Positions 1-12,339 of a DNA stretch of 64,000 nucleotides are shown here, in pieces. The notes beneath the pieces are model-generated. The model did no database searches and was not told where the DNA came from. It saw only the letters and a list, made by a program, of their open reading frames with translations. Source of the stretch: an uncultured virus (IMG/VR IMGVR_UViG_3300033075_001711). Taxonomy: Duplodnaviria; Heunggongvirae; Uroviricota; Caudoviricetes. Made by a program: the position numbers and the translations under genes. Numbering within the stretch: position 1 is the stretch's first letter; every line of letters begins with the position of its first letter. The stretch lies in the IMG/VR virus record IMGVR_UViG_3300033075_001711; one strand, given 5' to 3'.

Positions 1-277
1 AACGTTTTAATTTACCTAAAGTATAGTGATAAATGTTAAGACCTAGAGGGAGATTTTCAATATACGAATTTGTATTTTCAGTTACAACACAGGGTTTAAA
101 ATCAAAACTATTAATTTTTAAAATTTCTTGAATATTTTCGATTTCATATTGTAAATCTTCTTTCACGAAAAATTCTTTAATTGCTGAATCTATTTGTTTT
201 TCGTTTTCAAAAATTCCTAAAAAATTATCAGTGTCATCAGTATCAACTGCGCGCAAAAAGAGAGTATAAATTTTCAT
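1..277 (-). CDS. Hypothetical protein, runs off the window start
   Basis: Read by hand: ATG at 277 after GGAG, MKIYTLFLRAVDTDDTDNFLGIFENE..., open to position 1; not in the ORF track. Confidence 0.6.
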   Translation of the reverse strand, partial: MKIYTLFLRAVDTDDTDNFLGIFENEKQIDSAIKEFFVKEDLQYEIENIQEILKINSFDFKPCVVTENTNSYIENLPLGLNIYHYTLGKLKR

Positions 278-851
278 ACTATTTCTCCTTCCTCTAATAC
301 ATAGAGATGTTCAGGAATATTGTCTGAGTAATGATACCAGGCATTTACATAGTCTTTTGACAAATGTTTATACCAAACAGATAAATTATTTTCAAAATCT
401 TTTTCTATAATCTCGATTTTATTTTTAGTGTGTGGATTATATACAATCATTCCAACTTGTAGTTGATCAAAATTATATTCTGACAATTTTTTCATACTTA
501 GTTTTTAACTCCTAGCTCTATTTACTAAATTTGTTGCTGTTTCAAACATTAAACGAACATCTGAGGTATTAGGATAAAATACTGGATTGTTTAGAATTTC
601 TGAATTGTTTCAATATTCATCTGAAAATTCCTCTAATCTAAAATTATTTAAAATGTAAATGGAGAAATCATTTTTCCTTTTTAGATCCGGAGTTACCTGA
701 ATTTACTAAAGCCATTAAAAAATCTCCAGATATGCACAAAAAAATAACACATAAAATAAAAATGCAAAAAGCTCCCAGAGAGCTTAAGCTTTGCCAAAAC
801 TGTAGTGCAATATTAAACAAATTAACAATAAATTCTAAAAAATTCATCTAT

Positions 852-1352
852 TTATTCTCCCATGAAATTTTTTATTTTTCCACTTACATAAGGTAGAGTA
901 GTTAATTTAGTCCCTATTAGAGATAAAATTACCTTTTTAACCCAGGCTGGATATGAATTTAAAGCTGCTCTTTCATTTTCTGATAAAAATATTTTTTCAA
1001 CACTATCTAATACTTTATCCATTAAAACAATTTGTTCTTGTGAAATGGGTTGAGGTTTAACATAATTATCTAGGCCCCAATTTTCTATGTTACCTAAAAA
1101 ATTCTCAGCATAATTAAACACTTTTTCATATGAGGGACATTCATTTTCACACTCAATTATTTCTCCAGTTTTAATATGTGGTTTAACTCCAAAATATCTT
1201 GAATATTTAGTTCGGGCATGTTCTAAAAATTGAGAAAGATAATTGTTTGGAATTAACACCCAAGGCCCTAGCCAAGGGCTCCCACCAGCCGCAATATCCG
1301 CTCTGTCGTTATACTCGTGAACAAACCAAACCTGAGTAGCTAAATAGGACAT
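852..1352 (-). CDS. Hypothetical protein
   Basis: 166 aa ORF with GGAG SD directly downstream of a consensus promoter. Confidence 0.7.
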   Translation of the reverse strand: MSYLATQVWFVHEYNDRADIAAGGSPWLGPWVLIPNNYLSQFLEHARTKYSRYFGVKPHIKTGEIIECENECPSYEKVFNYAENFLGNIENWGLDNYVKPQPISQEQIVLMDKVLDSVEKIFLSENERAALNSYPAWVKKVILSLIGTKLTTLPYVSGKIKNFMGE

Positions 1353-1380
1353 TTACGCACACTCCTTGTGATATGTTATG

Positions 1381-1409
1381 GTTATAACATTGAATGAGGG
1401 GGTTGTCAA
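1381..1409 (-). promoter_or_regulatory. Sigma70-type promoter
   Basis: TTGACA-17 nt-TATAAC with extended TG. Confidence 0.8.
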
Positions 1410-1429
1410 GAGGTTGTTAGTAAAAATTT

Positions 1430-2254
1430 TTAATCCACAAACTCTGTGTTTTTTGTTATCATATCATTGCTTTCAACAGTAACAACGGCATCATCTTCTG
1501 GGATGATTATTAATTCTTTTGCTTTGCAAGGTAAAAATACACCTGCCTTACCTTTAGGAGATTTAAGAACTTCTCCATCCCAATGCCACTCTTTATTTTT
1601 AACATATCCAGGAGCTAATGTTTTAAGTTTAGCTTTTCTTCCAGCATAGTTTCTAGTAGTTTGGTTAAAAGAGCTAGCAATTGTGTTTATTTTACAGAGT
1701 TCAGTAAACAATTCAGGATATTTCTCTTCTACTAATCGGAGTAGGATAGGAACTTCTTCTTTTTGATAAGTTGTAATTACATCTCCTGTAAAAAGAGCTG
1801 TTGGTCGGCCTTTGACAATTTTGTCTAATAGATTTAAATTCCAGATATTTTTAGGAATAAATTGTTTGTTTATGCACTCATTCTCATTTAGAACCATATG
1901 AATGTGAGCTGTGGGTAAGTAAATAAAATCTCCAATTTCATAGATTTTTTTGTTGTCAGAAGAAAGTACATTTAGATGATCTTTATATTTTGTTTCGGTA
2001 GCATCAAGCCAGTAATAGAATTTTCTGGCTTTTTTGGTAAAACCTTTTTCTATAGATTTTCTAATATATGGACATGAATTAAAAAATCCAATTCCAACAC
2101 AAGATTTATTTTTATAAGCCTCACAGGAGTTTTTGTTATTACAGAGATAAACTTGTGCTTCGGCAGCATCATTAGCAGTATTTTTAAAGATGCTTCTGGA
2201 AGGGTTGAAGACATTTACGTGAATGATTTCAAATGCATTTCCTGTGTTTGTCAC
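1430..2254 (-). CDS. Hypothetical phage protein with Cys-rich N-terminus
   Basis: 274 aa ORF with GGAG SD and several clustered Cys. Confidence 0.7.
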   Translation of the reverse strand: MTNTGNAFEIIHVNVFNPSRSIFKNTANDAAEAQVYLCNNKNSCEAYKNKSCVGIGFFNSCPYIRKSIEKGFTKKARKFYYWLDATETKYKDHLNVLSSDNKKIYEIGDFIYLPTAHIHMVLNENECINKQFIPKNIWNLNLLDKIVKGRPTALFTGDVITTYQKEEVPILLRLVEEKYPELFTELCKINTIASSFNQTTRNYAGRKAKLKTLAPGYVKNKEWHWDGEVLKSPKGKAGVFLPCKAKELIIIPEDDAVVTVESNDMITKNTEFVD

Positions 2255-2530
2255 ATTCTCTCCTTTAGGTAAGATAGAACATTTTGGACCAAAATTTCAG
2301 GGTCCACATTTCTTATATCGTGTTTTTTATTTTGAGTATCTATGTGGACGTAATAATCTTGAACCTCTAGATCTGCCACAAAAACAAGTCTTAGATCAAA
2401 ATCTTCAGTAAAAATTCTTTTGTCTTTAAAAACTATAAACATATATGATTTACAACTATCTCTGTATACCAGATCATATATTTTATTTTCAAAAAGATTA
2501 TAAATACCATCATAGATGTTTTGTAAATTT

Positions 2531-3435
2531 TTAAAGACAGCGTTTTTTAATTTTTCTTTTTTGATGTTGGGGCCTGGGTCTTGTTTTCGCAGCGTTCAAA
2601 TCACGATCCATTTCTATTAAACAATCCTGATTTAAACACCTATATATTCTATCTGATAAAGACAAGTCTTTCTTGACTTGTCCGCATCTACTACACAATT
2701 TAGATGAAGGATAAAATCTATCTATGTATTTTACAGACCCTCCATACCAATATGTCTTATATTCTAACATTGTCCTGAACATACCCCAGCCAGCGTCCAT
2801 TATGGACTTCGCTAAATTATGATTACGGACCATGTTTTCTATACTCAAATCCTCAATAACAAATATTGTTGGCTTGGTTTTCACCAACAAACTAGTTATC
2901 TTATTTAATATATCTTTTCTTATATTTTTTATTTTATAATGGATCCTAGAAACCACTTTTTTAGCTTTTTCTCTATTATTAGATCCTTTTTGTTTTCTAG
3001 ATAGGTTACGCTGCGCGTGTTTTAATTTATGTTCATATTTATTATATGTTTTAGGATTATCAAACGATTTTCCATCAGAACAAACTAATAATGTTTTTAA
3101 ACCCCTATCGATACCTAAAATATTAGGAGGATTGTCAAGAGCCTTTGGCTCAGGAATGTCTTCTTCAACACATACTGAAACAAAATATTTATAGTTTTCT
3201 TTAGAGACAGTTACACTAAGAAATTTAATATTTTTATTTTCTGTAGAAGGAATATATCCAGACTCTTTTATTTTTAATAAACCTATTTTAGGGATTTTTA
3301 TTTTATTATTTTCAATTTTTAAATTAACATTGTCAAATCGAAAAGATTGTTTTGATCCATGTTTGCTTTTAAATTTTGGATATCCTGGAACCCCACCCGT
3401 TTTTATTCTTCTTAAAAAATGTTGAATATATTTTT
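2531..3435 (-). pseudogene. tnpB: TnpB remnant truncated at both ends
   Basis: Frame is open without a start from ~3435 (FLRRIKTGGVPGYPKFKSK...ILGIDRGLK...VIEDL...CSRC...DRDLNAAK); core is near-identical to 38565..39842 but the N-terminal ~95 aa and the right end are absent. Confidence 0.85.
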
Positions 3436-4137
3436 TATTTACGAGATAGATTTTATATATTGTTCAGCTAATGATCTTCTCTCATTAGTTTTATTCACAT
3501 GTTTCATGCAAGCACCATCTTTTCTGGTCCCATCTTCATTCTCATTATCACATTTTCCTTCATGCTCCCCAGCCTTTAACAGTTCTTTTAAATGATGAAG
3601 TAACATTTTTTCTTTTATTACTTTAGCTTCAAGTTCTTCATTAGATAGGTTGTTGCAATAGTTTAAACAATTCATAATTCTTCTAGCATTAGATTTTGTG
3701 AAACAATCTGCTACACCTATTCCATAAGTATCTTCAGCTTTTTCATCATACTCATAAACAGATTTATTGTCTAAAGTATAATATTTAATTTCAACAGATT
3801 TTTCATTATCTTTAAATTGTTCTAGAAAATGTCCATAAGTTATTTTAAATGGTTTTCGCATTTCATTTCTCCAAATAAATAGAATAGCCTCACAAATTAT
3901 ATTTTGATTTTATCTGACTTTTCATATTCTGATATCTTTATAATTTTTGTATCTGTTAACTCTAAATTTTCTAGTTCTTTTTCAGTAACATACCCTAATT
4001 CTTCGTTATCCTCAAAATATTTTGCTTCTTCATATGTTTTAAATAGTTTTATATTTTTAAAATTATTTGTTAATTGATTTGTTTTACTCAAATAAACAGT
4101 TTTACCAGTTCCATAATTTCTTCTTACTCCTTCAAAC

Positions 4138-4630
4138 TTAATTAGATAGCTCATTTAGTTTTCCTACAAAATTAATGTTTTTAATTACTTCATTTTTCCA
4201 AATACAACCGCTTGAACAATCCCAGAAGGAGGTCCAAAAATATTTTGCTTTATATTTATACCTATCAAAATTTCTCAACTCTATCCCAGAAAAATCAGAC
4301 ATTACTTTTCGCCAATCTATACTCATTCTCCACATGTAGTATTTATATGATGGGTCCAGACTATAATTTTCATATAGTTTATCCAAATCTGAAAGTTTCT
4401 CAATTATAAATACATTATCTAAATCTATATCTAATTCAAATAAATAGGAACCACACCCCATTTCTCCTTCAGCCCACTCAATCCATGAATTATTTAAACC
4501 ATACCAAAATCCCATGTAAATCTGGATGAGAATAAAAAGTTTTAAATGGAAACTTATTCTTATTAAACTCAATTATATTCTCAAGACCTTTATCAAGATC
4601 TCGATTATTAGAGGTGTGAATTCTCTTCAT
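4138..4630 (-). pseudogene. Probably frameshifted hypothetical gene
   Basis: SD-led N-terminus (MKRIHTSNN...) and C-terminus (GFWYG...SWIEW...WDCSSGCIW) are in different frames overlapping near 4510. Confidence 0.4.
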
Positions 4631-5798
4631 TTTTAACTTTCCTCTTGTGGTGTTGTCACCCAAGCGTGCCACTCAGCTTCAGTCATATTCTCGGCATTAT
4701 GAATCCACTGTTTTAAAGCTTCTTTTCTTTTAATTTCTTTATCAATGTCAATTTGTTTTATCCTAGATATTTCATTATCAAAAGCTTCAGATCCTCCATT
4801 AATTCCCTGATCTAAAAGAGTTATCTTAAGATTTTCCAAAATACTTACAACATCTTCTGTATTATACCTTGCAAATTGCATTTTTACCCCACTATTATTT
4901 TCAAAAAAGGATATGCTAATGCAGCAACAAAAACCCACCACCAAATTTTGTCTATTATATCCGGCTTTTTTAACATTTCATGATGAGGGGGTGCCCATTT
5001 TCCCCGTAAATATCTTGCTTTCATTTATTTTTTTCTTGATCTAAATTTTTTGGCAAGAGCTTATATTCTCCATTTAAAGGTTGCCCATCTATATTAAATT
5101 TAAACCAACAAATATGTGTTCCTGAATTATCTTCGTATTTCCAAGTATCAATTTCAGTATCACCAATATTCATAAACACTTCATAGGGCTGACCAAAGTA
5201 TTTAAAAGACAAATCTCGCAATGGTTGGGAATTTACAGTATAATTAATTACGGAGAGTTCTCGAAAATCTTTTTGATTACAATGTGCTGGGGCAGCAGCA
5301 AAAAACAATTGTAAAATTTTAAAAACACTTAAAACTAAAATGCCATAGAATACATTATTTAAAAAATTTGATTTAGACATAGAAAAATCTCCCTTAAACT
5401 GCATAAACATTTTCTATTTTAACAGCAAAAGAATCTTGTGCATTCTCTTCACCTTCTTCATAGAGAACTGCCAAACCCTCTACAGCACTATCATATCCAA
5501 AATCATAAATTTTATTATCCCCAATAATTTTAACTTTTTGTTTATAATGAAAATTGCTCATTTGATAATTTCCTCCGAACTGAATTGGCTGTTAATTAAT
5601 TCTATTTCAGACAATAATTCCATTTTTCTATCTTTTAATGTTTCATTATACCATATTTCTAATTCTTCTAAATTTTTACATTCAAATACCGGAGTATGGA
5701 AAATGTCATTGTAAACTCTATATTTACCAGTTAAAAACCCCTTTTTAATTGTGTAAATAACATTTCCAATTTTTAAAATATGTTTTTGTTGATCTAAC

Positions 5799-6008
5799 TC
5801 AATTTTCATTATCAAACCCTTTCTTATAAAAATTAGTGGTAATAAAATCTATATTAGATAGCCCCGTAAAATCAAACCTTTTTACATTTCTTGGATCTAT
5901 TTTTAATTTTTCACCCTTCTCATAAAATTCAATATCCTCCAAAGGTGTTGAGTTAATAGAACGTCGTAAGGCTTGAATTAAATCTATTGTTTCTAAATCA
6001 ACTCTCAT
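5799..6008 (-). CDS. Hypothetical protein, paralog of 15399..15611
   Basis: MRVDLETIDLIQALRRSINSTPL...FTGLSN versus MRLDIETIELIKAIKNSVNSTPL...FTGLSN; GGAG SD before the ATG. Confidence 0.7.
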   Translation of the reverse strand: MRVDLETIDLIQALRRSINSTPLEDIEFYEKGEKLKIDPRNVKRFDFTGLSNIDFITTNFYKKGFDNEN

Positions 6009-6126
6009 TTTTTTTCTCCAAAAATTTAAAAATCTATAAATCTTCTTAACACCCAATTTGTGTTACATCCAGGGCATTTAATAGAGTAAAAATATCCTGT
6101 TGAATTTATATCTCGTATTATATTCG

Positions 6127-7478
6127 TTCATAAAGAATAATGTTATATAACATCGTTCCATGATATTTATATTACAATATCCTATTGTTAAAAACTAATA
6201 TTATAATGATAAAATCTTTAAAATTTCATATTAAAAATCTTAACTCTCATCAATTTGAGATGTTAAATAATATGTGCGTTAGCTCTCGTAAACTCTACAA
6301 TTGTGCTGTTTACGTTTGCAGGGCATATTTTGAAACTAATAAGAAATATATAGGTTATTTAAAACTTTATCACGAGATGAAGGATAATATGCATTATAAG
6401 GCTTTACCAGCCAAAATAGCGCAGCAAATCCTTAAACTACTAGATAAAAATTATATATCTTTTTTCAAGTTATTAAAGTTAAAGTTGGCAGGACAATATG
6501 ATAAGGATGTCTCGCCGCCTAAATTTAAAAAGAAAAATTCTAAATTTATTCTCATTCTACCAAATGACCAAATTAAATTTAGAGACTCTTATTTAAAAAT
6601 AACAAAAGATATTAAAATGCCATTTTCTTATCCTGGGTTAAATCCCAATGATATTAAACAGGCTATCATTATTCCTTCTAATTATGACCAGAAATATTTC
6701 ACTTTATGTTTAACATATCAAGCAGAATCTAGTTCTTCAGAAAAAGATAGTGCAAGGATGTTAAGCATAGATTTAGGAATAAATAATTTAGCATCATGTT
6801 TTTCAAATGTTGGGCCTTCATTTATTATGAATGGCAAACCTCTTAAATCTTATAACCAACTTTACAACAAAAGAAAATCTGCTTTTCAATCTGAATTGCA
6901 AATATGTAATAAATTAGACTATTCCAAAAAATTAGATCATCTTAGTGAAAACAGACATAATTGGATCAATAATTATTTCAATCAAACAATTTCTTATATT
7001 ATGAAGTTTTGCAAACAATATGATATAGGAAAAATCATTTTAGGTTATAACCAAGAATGGAAACAAGATATTAACATTGGCAAGAAGAACAATCAAGCCT
7101 TTTGTGATATTCCGTTTTTCAAATTTAAAAGAAAATTAATTTCTAAATGTTTGGAAAACAATATAGTTCTTGTTATTCAAGAAGAGAGTTATACATCTAA
7201 ATGCTCATTCCTGGATAATGAAAGGGTTGAAAAACATGATCAATATCTAGGAAAGAGAATAAGAAGAGGTTTATTTAAAACGAGTAAAGGAACCTTGTGC
7301 AATGCAGACGTGAATGGTGCTGCAAACACAATGGAAAAGCATGTAGTTTCCGAGTTAGGGTCTGTGGACAAGAACAAGGAAATAGAGGGCTATATAGTTA
7401 GTCCTGTAGTGTTAAAGACACCATTTAATAGGATGTCGTTAACCTGCGAAGCATAAAATTCATGATTTTTTGTAACTA
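6127..7478 (+). mobile_element. TnpB-only IS607-like insertion interrupting a Zn-ribbon gene
   Basis: Opposite strand to neighbours; TT at both junctions; removing it restores the frame ...CKCQCKFSYE-TNIIRDINSTGYFYSIKCPGC. Confidence 0.75.
6185..7456 (+). CDS. tnpB: TnpB RNA-guided nuclease with rearranged RuvC-II (likely start ATG 6206)
   Basis: SIDLGINN (RuvC-I), IILGYNQEWK (Gly at the usual Glu), QEESYTSKCS, NADVNGAAN (RuvC-III). Confidence 0.9.
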   Translation: MLKTNIIMIKSLKFHIKNLNSHQFEMLNNMCVSSRKLYNCAVYVCRAYFETNKKYIGYLKLYHEMKDNMHYKALPAKIAQQILKLLDKNYISFFKLLKLKLAGQYDKDVSPPKFKKKNSKFILILPNDQIKFRDSYLKITKDIKMPFSYPGLNPNDIKQAIIIPSNYDQKYFTLCLTYQAESSSSEKDSARMLSIDLGINNLASCFSNVGPSFIMNGKPLKSYNQLYNKRKSAFQSELQICNKLDYSKKLDHLSENRHNWINNYFNQTISYIMKFCKQYDIGKIILGYNQEWKQDINIGKKNNQAFCDIPFFKFKRKLISKCLENNIVLVIQEESYTSKCSFLDNERVEKHDQYLGKRIRRGLFKTSKGTLCNADVNGAANTMEKHVVSELGSVDKNKEIEGYIVSPVVLKTPFNRMSLTCEA

Positions 7479-8822
7479 TTTCATAAGAAAATTTACATTG
7501 ACATTTACAGCAATCATAAATTCTAGGAACACTATCAGCTATTATTTTTATCATAAAATTTATTTGCCCCACCCACACCAACAGGATTCTGAACTACATA
7601 TTGTCCAGGAATGGTTATTAGAACATCTATAGGGTGTAGTTGAAACATTACCATCATGGTTATGATATTTACCATTTTCATCATAAAATGGTTCATAATA
7701 TGATTGAGTAGTATAACACATTCCAGGATAAACATTACTAACTAAATTTTGTTCTTGACATTTTTCACATTTCATTTTCTAACCAAACTCCTTTAAAAAA
7801 TTTTCAATAAAAAAGATACTCCCACCTATAATTAAAACACCACAAATTACAGCAATAATAAAATGAAATGTTCCTGAATAGATTGCATAAGATAATAAAC
7901 AAATAACAATAAACATAATTAAACCACAACCTGCTATTGCTCGGTTTTCATTTGGTTTCATTTTCATCCCTCAACATTTTTTCTATTGCTTCTTTCATAT
8001 CAAACTATCTCATATAAAAATTCAGGTGATTTACATTTACACTGTCTCAATCTCTGTTTACATGTATCACAATTGTATCCACCATCGGAGACAATGCAAA
8101 CATCTTTTGGAGCTGGAGTTTTTAATCTAACTTCAGGTAATTTGGTTCCACAATGAGGACAAAACTCCACATCATATAATGAGTTAAATTCTTCAAAACC
8201 TAACTCATCAATTAATCTATCACAAATTTCTAAACCTTCTGAATAAGTTCTCCAAGTAGGGGGCTTTGGTACATCTTCAGGAAATGTGTTATAGACATTT
8301 ACATATAAATGCACTGCGTCGTTTTTTTGAATTTTATCACAGCATTTTGGTGTGAAAATTATGTCTTTTAATTTTCTTCTTTTAAAGTTTCCAATTGTAA
8401 ATATAAATTTTCTATAGGAATGCCTTGATTAATTTTTAAATATAAAAGTTTTTCAATTTCGGAAGTAATTTCTAAATCAAAAAATATCCAAACAGAATCG
8501 GGAACATTGTTAAACACATATGATTTTTCTTCCTCGTTTTGATTTTTAACTATTAAACTGATAATATCTGGGGCAGTAATTGTATATGTAAAAATATTGA
8601 TTTCACCCCAAATATTTTTATCCGAGTAAGACATAAAATATGATGCAGATTTTTTAAACATTTTAAAACTGAAAAATGTTTTTTTAGATAAATAACAATA
8701 TATTTTGAATAAATGGTTGAATTTTTCTTTAAAAGAAAACCCTACAGGTATTTTATTACATATATGTTTATTTAATAACATTTTTACGCTACAAAAAACA
8801 TCTATAGACATTTTAGATTCTC

Positions 8823-9068
8823 CTAAGCATATCTAACATTAAAACCTTGAATTTTATATGTACCTCTATGAATTTTATGGTAACTCATATCTTCAAATAC
8901 TTTAGCAATTAAACACCCCTGAATTTTTTCCCAATAACCTAAAGAATAATGATTATTTGACTCCATTACATATTTAACATATTTCAGTGCAGATTCCTCA
9001 TTCCCAAATAATTCAAGATTATCAGTTTTGTTTGTTAAAACATCAGTGTGAGATAATAAATAAAACAT
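8823..9068 (-). CDS. Hypothetical protein, paralog of 18634..18885
   Basis: MFYLLSHTDVLTNKTDNLELF...GTYKIQGF versus MFYLLSYTDMLTKTTDNIALF...GTYTIKGF. Confidence 0.7.
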   Translation of the reverse strand: MFYLLSHTDVLTNKTDNLELFGNEESALKYVKYVMESNNHYSLGYWEKIQGCLIAKVFEDMSYHKIHRGTYKIQGFNVRYA

Positions 9069-11551
9069 ATAAATCCTTTTTATTCATCGTTCCAACATTG
9101 ACAACCTCTGTCACTGTTCCAACAATGATTACAAATTTCTTGTAAAAGAGAAAGTGTTTTAATAACTTGAAATTTGTCCATATATTTTAACATAGAGGAA
9201 ATAAACAAATTGTCTTTTTCATAAATAGATATTTCTCTAGTCATTTCCAACAACACTTTATCTACTTCAGGCCCGAAATCTTGAGGTGGAATGTTATTAT
9301 AGTCACAATCATTCTCAAGATGGTTAGAATATTCACTGTATTCATATTTAGAATTACATAGTCCACAAGTTGTTAACATAGAATATCTACCTAAAAAATA
9401 AGTAACAAATTTAAATTGTTGGATATTTCAACTGCACTCCAACCAAGGTTTTTATAGTATTGAATAATAAATTTTTTTAAAGCTATCTCATTCTTTAAAA
9501 TTTCTAAAAATTTTGAATTTAGAATATTTTTTAAATCTATTTCAAATGTTAAAGCATAATTTTTATCAAATTCAAGTTTATTTTTAATATATTCGTTTAT
9601 TGGAATAACTCCATCTCTAATATCATATCCCAAATCATATTTCTTATTTAAGAGTCCACAAACAACTACGCTAGCATTTAACTCAGATTTATATCCTAAC
9701 ATATTACATCCTTTTTACTTTAAAGATTATTTTTTTGTAGAATATTATCAATGTTTAAAGGACATGATTTTTGTTCACAAACCATATCTGTGCTGTTTTC
9801 AGGATGCTTACATATAGCTGGAAATTTTAAATGAACACAATTTTTAAAACTATCTACAATTAACCAATCTGTTTTTGAATTAAAAGACATTTTTAATTTC
9901 CTTTATTTTTGAGTGTTAATTTGTTTTTATATTGTTCAATTGCAGAGGAAAGATCAGACACTAAATCTTCTGCAATATTAAGACTTTCCTCATAACCATT
10001 GCCGTCATATGCTCTTTTTCTAACAAAACCATGAAAGCATGAGTCAATATCAGATAATACTTCTTTTAACTCAGATTCATATTCCTCTTTCGTCAACCTT
10101 TCTTTAGATGGAATAAGGTTGTATGTACCTGCTAAATTTTTTTCTAATTTTCCTTTATTTATTTTAAAAGTATAAACTTCTACTTTTACAGGAACAGGAT
10201 TTTTTCTTGGAGTTCTCAGGTTAGATTTAAACCAAAGTGTGTCCTGAGCAAATTTTTTAAAATGTTCAGATAGAAAATCTTTTTCAATTGTATCAAAATA
10301 TTCTTCTGTTGTACCATCTGGTTTGTGAATAACTGCGGATACATCAATCATTGTTTTTTTCCTTTTCAGTTAATTTTACTACAACACAGGATAAAATTCA
10401 AGAGTATAACCTTCGGAAAGTGCTCTTGAATTAAAAATAGGTAAAATTAAAGTTCTGTCATCTTTTTTTAAATCCTCAAATTCAAAATTAAATTTTTTTG
10501 AAAGTTCTTCTAATAAAATAAAAGATAAAGATCCAGAAATGTTACCTAATATTTTAGCAACATAGCTTTTTGCTTCGTTAGGATCTCTGAAACATCCTAA
10601 AGTTTTACATACATGGGAATCTCCATAATATGGATCCCAATCAAATTTGAAATGTTTTAAAATAACTATTTCCATATTTTTATACTCCTAATTTAGAAGT
10701 TAATTTATCAAAATGCTCTTCTATGGTATAAACTAGCCATTTTGTTTTTGTAGGGCCTCTCCACATAAATTTATCTACTTCTACCACATCAGGATAATCT
10801 TCATGATATGTTCTAATTTCAATATTAGGATTTTCACCATCGAACATTTGTAAAGAAACTACAAATTTATTTTCCATATCTTGAGATATAATTTCATATT
10901 TTGAAACCTCTAATATTTTTATGTTTTTATTTTTTTCACAAAGATTTTCTAAAGCATTTACTACATAAAACAACATTTCTTGAAGTATAAACATTAATTA
11001 TTTCCTAAATGTTAAGGTGTAAAAATAAACCATATTTTTCATATATAGGCTTATATCCTGACATTCCGGTTGGCCGATGTTCTGTAACATTTCTGTTATT
11101 AGTCTCAATTTTAGATCCGATCCAGCCTTCACCATTAAAATAAATTTCTATCAGCTTTCTAAAAATGTCGTTATTAAAAAGTTTATAGTCTTTCTCAACA
11201 AATATTTCTTTTAAATCCAATGTAAATCCAGTTTGAATATCAAACTCCATTTTTTGGAGATGTTTTTCTATTTCATTTATTATCCTATCAAATTCTATTT
11301 TTAGTTGATCACCCAAAGATTCTTTGATAATGAAATAAGCTCGCATTTTTAATTTTCCTTTTGATAAGCAGGAGTTATTTCTCCAACAATTTTTGATTCA
11401 ATTGGGAACCCATAATATTCTAATGGTAAAGAATATTTTTGTTTTAGATAAGCATATATTTTACCCTCACCTATCCCAAACGCTACTACATATTCTTTAT
11501 TATAGAATGTTTGATATAAATCTCTAACAGCGTCTTCTATTGAACATAAAA

Positions 11552-11842
11552 TCATTTTAATTTTCCGTAAATTTTATTTCTAGATGTCCAGCCATTAATT
11601 TTTCCATGATTGTTTCCTATTAGGAATTTATCTCCAGCCCCATTTACGGCTTTCACTAAATGTAAGTAGATATTTCCTTTGACTTTACAAAAAACTATAT
11701 CATTTACATTTATTTTAGATTCAGGGGTTATGGGAGACACAGTAACTGTGTCTCCTGAATATATTAATGGAGTCATGGAATTTCCATGTGGTTTAAATGT
11801 AACTTCAGATCCAGATTGGAGTTTTGGAATTAAATGTTTCAT
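11552..11842 (-). CDS. S24/S26-type peptidase-like protein
   Basis: GNSMTPLIYSGD Ser motif followed by DIVFCKVKG..LHLVK. Confidence 0.7.
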   Translation of the reverse strand: MKHLIPKLQSGSEVTFKPHGNSMTPLIYSGDTVTVSPITPESKINVNDIVFCKVKGNIYLHLVKAVNGAGDKFLIGNNHGKINGWTSRNKIYGKLK

Positions 11843-12336
11843 GAATTATATTTATGCCACTCTGATAGGTACCAATCCCGAGCCATTTTTGATACTTGAG
11901 GCATAACATCTTTGACAGCAAAATTATTTCCTGTGATTGTGTCAGTTTCTTCTTTGATAATATCTTTGTTTACCCACTCTAAAAATTTACCTGTGCTTTT
12001 TTGTGTAATTTCAAAATTATTATCTTTAAGAAATTGAATTCCTTGTTCAAGTCTGGCTTTTGTCACAAAAGACTCTGCCAATTCTTTTACAGAATTAAGT
12101 TTTTCAATGTCAATAGATGCAATTGTGGTTACTTTCGAAATGCTGTGCTCACGACCCTTACATTTGAACGTTAGTGAATTTAGGTGATCTTGTGTGAGAT
12201 AATTTGCTGTAGTAGATATTGCACGTAGAACTAGTCCTTCCCCGCATAAATTTATTTCTATTTTTATTTTTTCATTTAATTTAGAGACTATTTTGTTATC
12301 ATTTCCAAATTCATTTAAATTTAATATATATTCCAT
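11839..12336 (-). CDS. Rnl2-like RNA ligase, C-terminal half of a split gene
   Basis: Motif IV GEGLVLR, motif V FKCKGREHS and the Rnl2-like C-domain (VTKARLEQG...DIIKEE). Confidence 0.8.
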   Translation of the reverse strand: MEYILNLNEFGNDNKIVSKLNEKIKIEINLCGEGLVLRAISTTANYLTQDHLNSLTFKCKGREHSISKVTTIASIDIEKLNSVKELAESFVTKARLEQGIQFLKDNNFEITQKSTGKFLEWVNKDIIKEETDTITGNNFAVKDVMPQVSKMARDWYLSEWHKYNS

Positions 12337-12339
12337 TTT

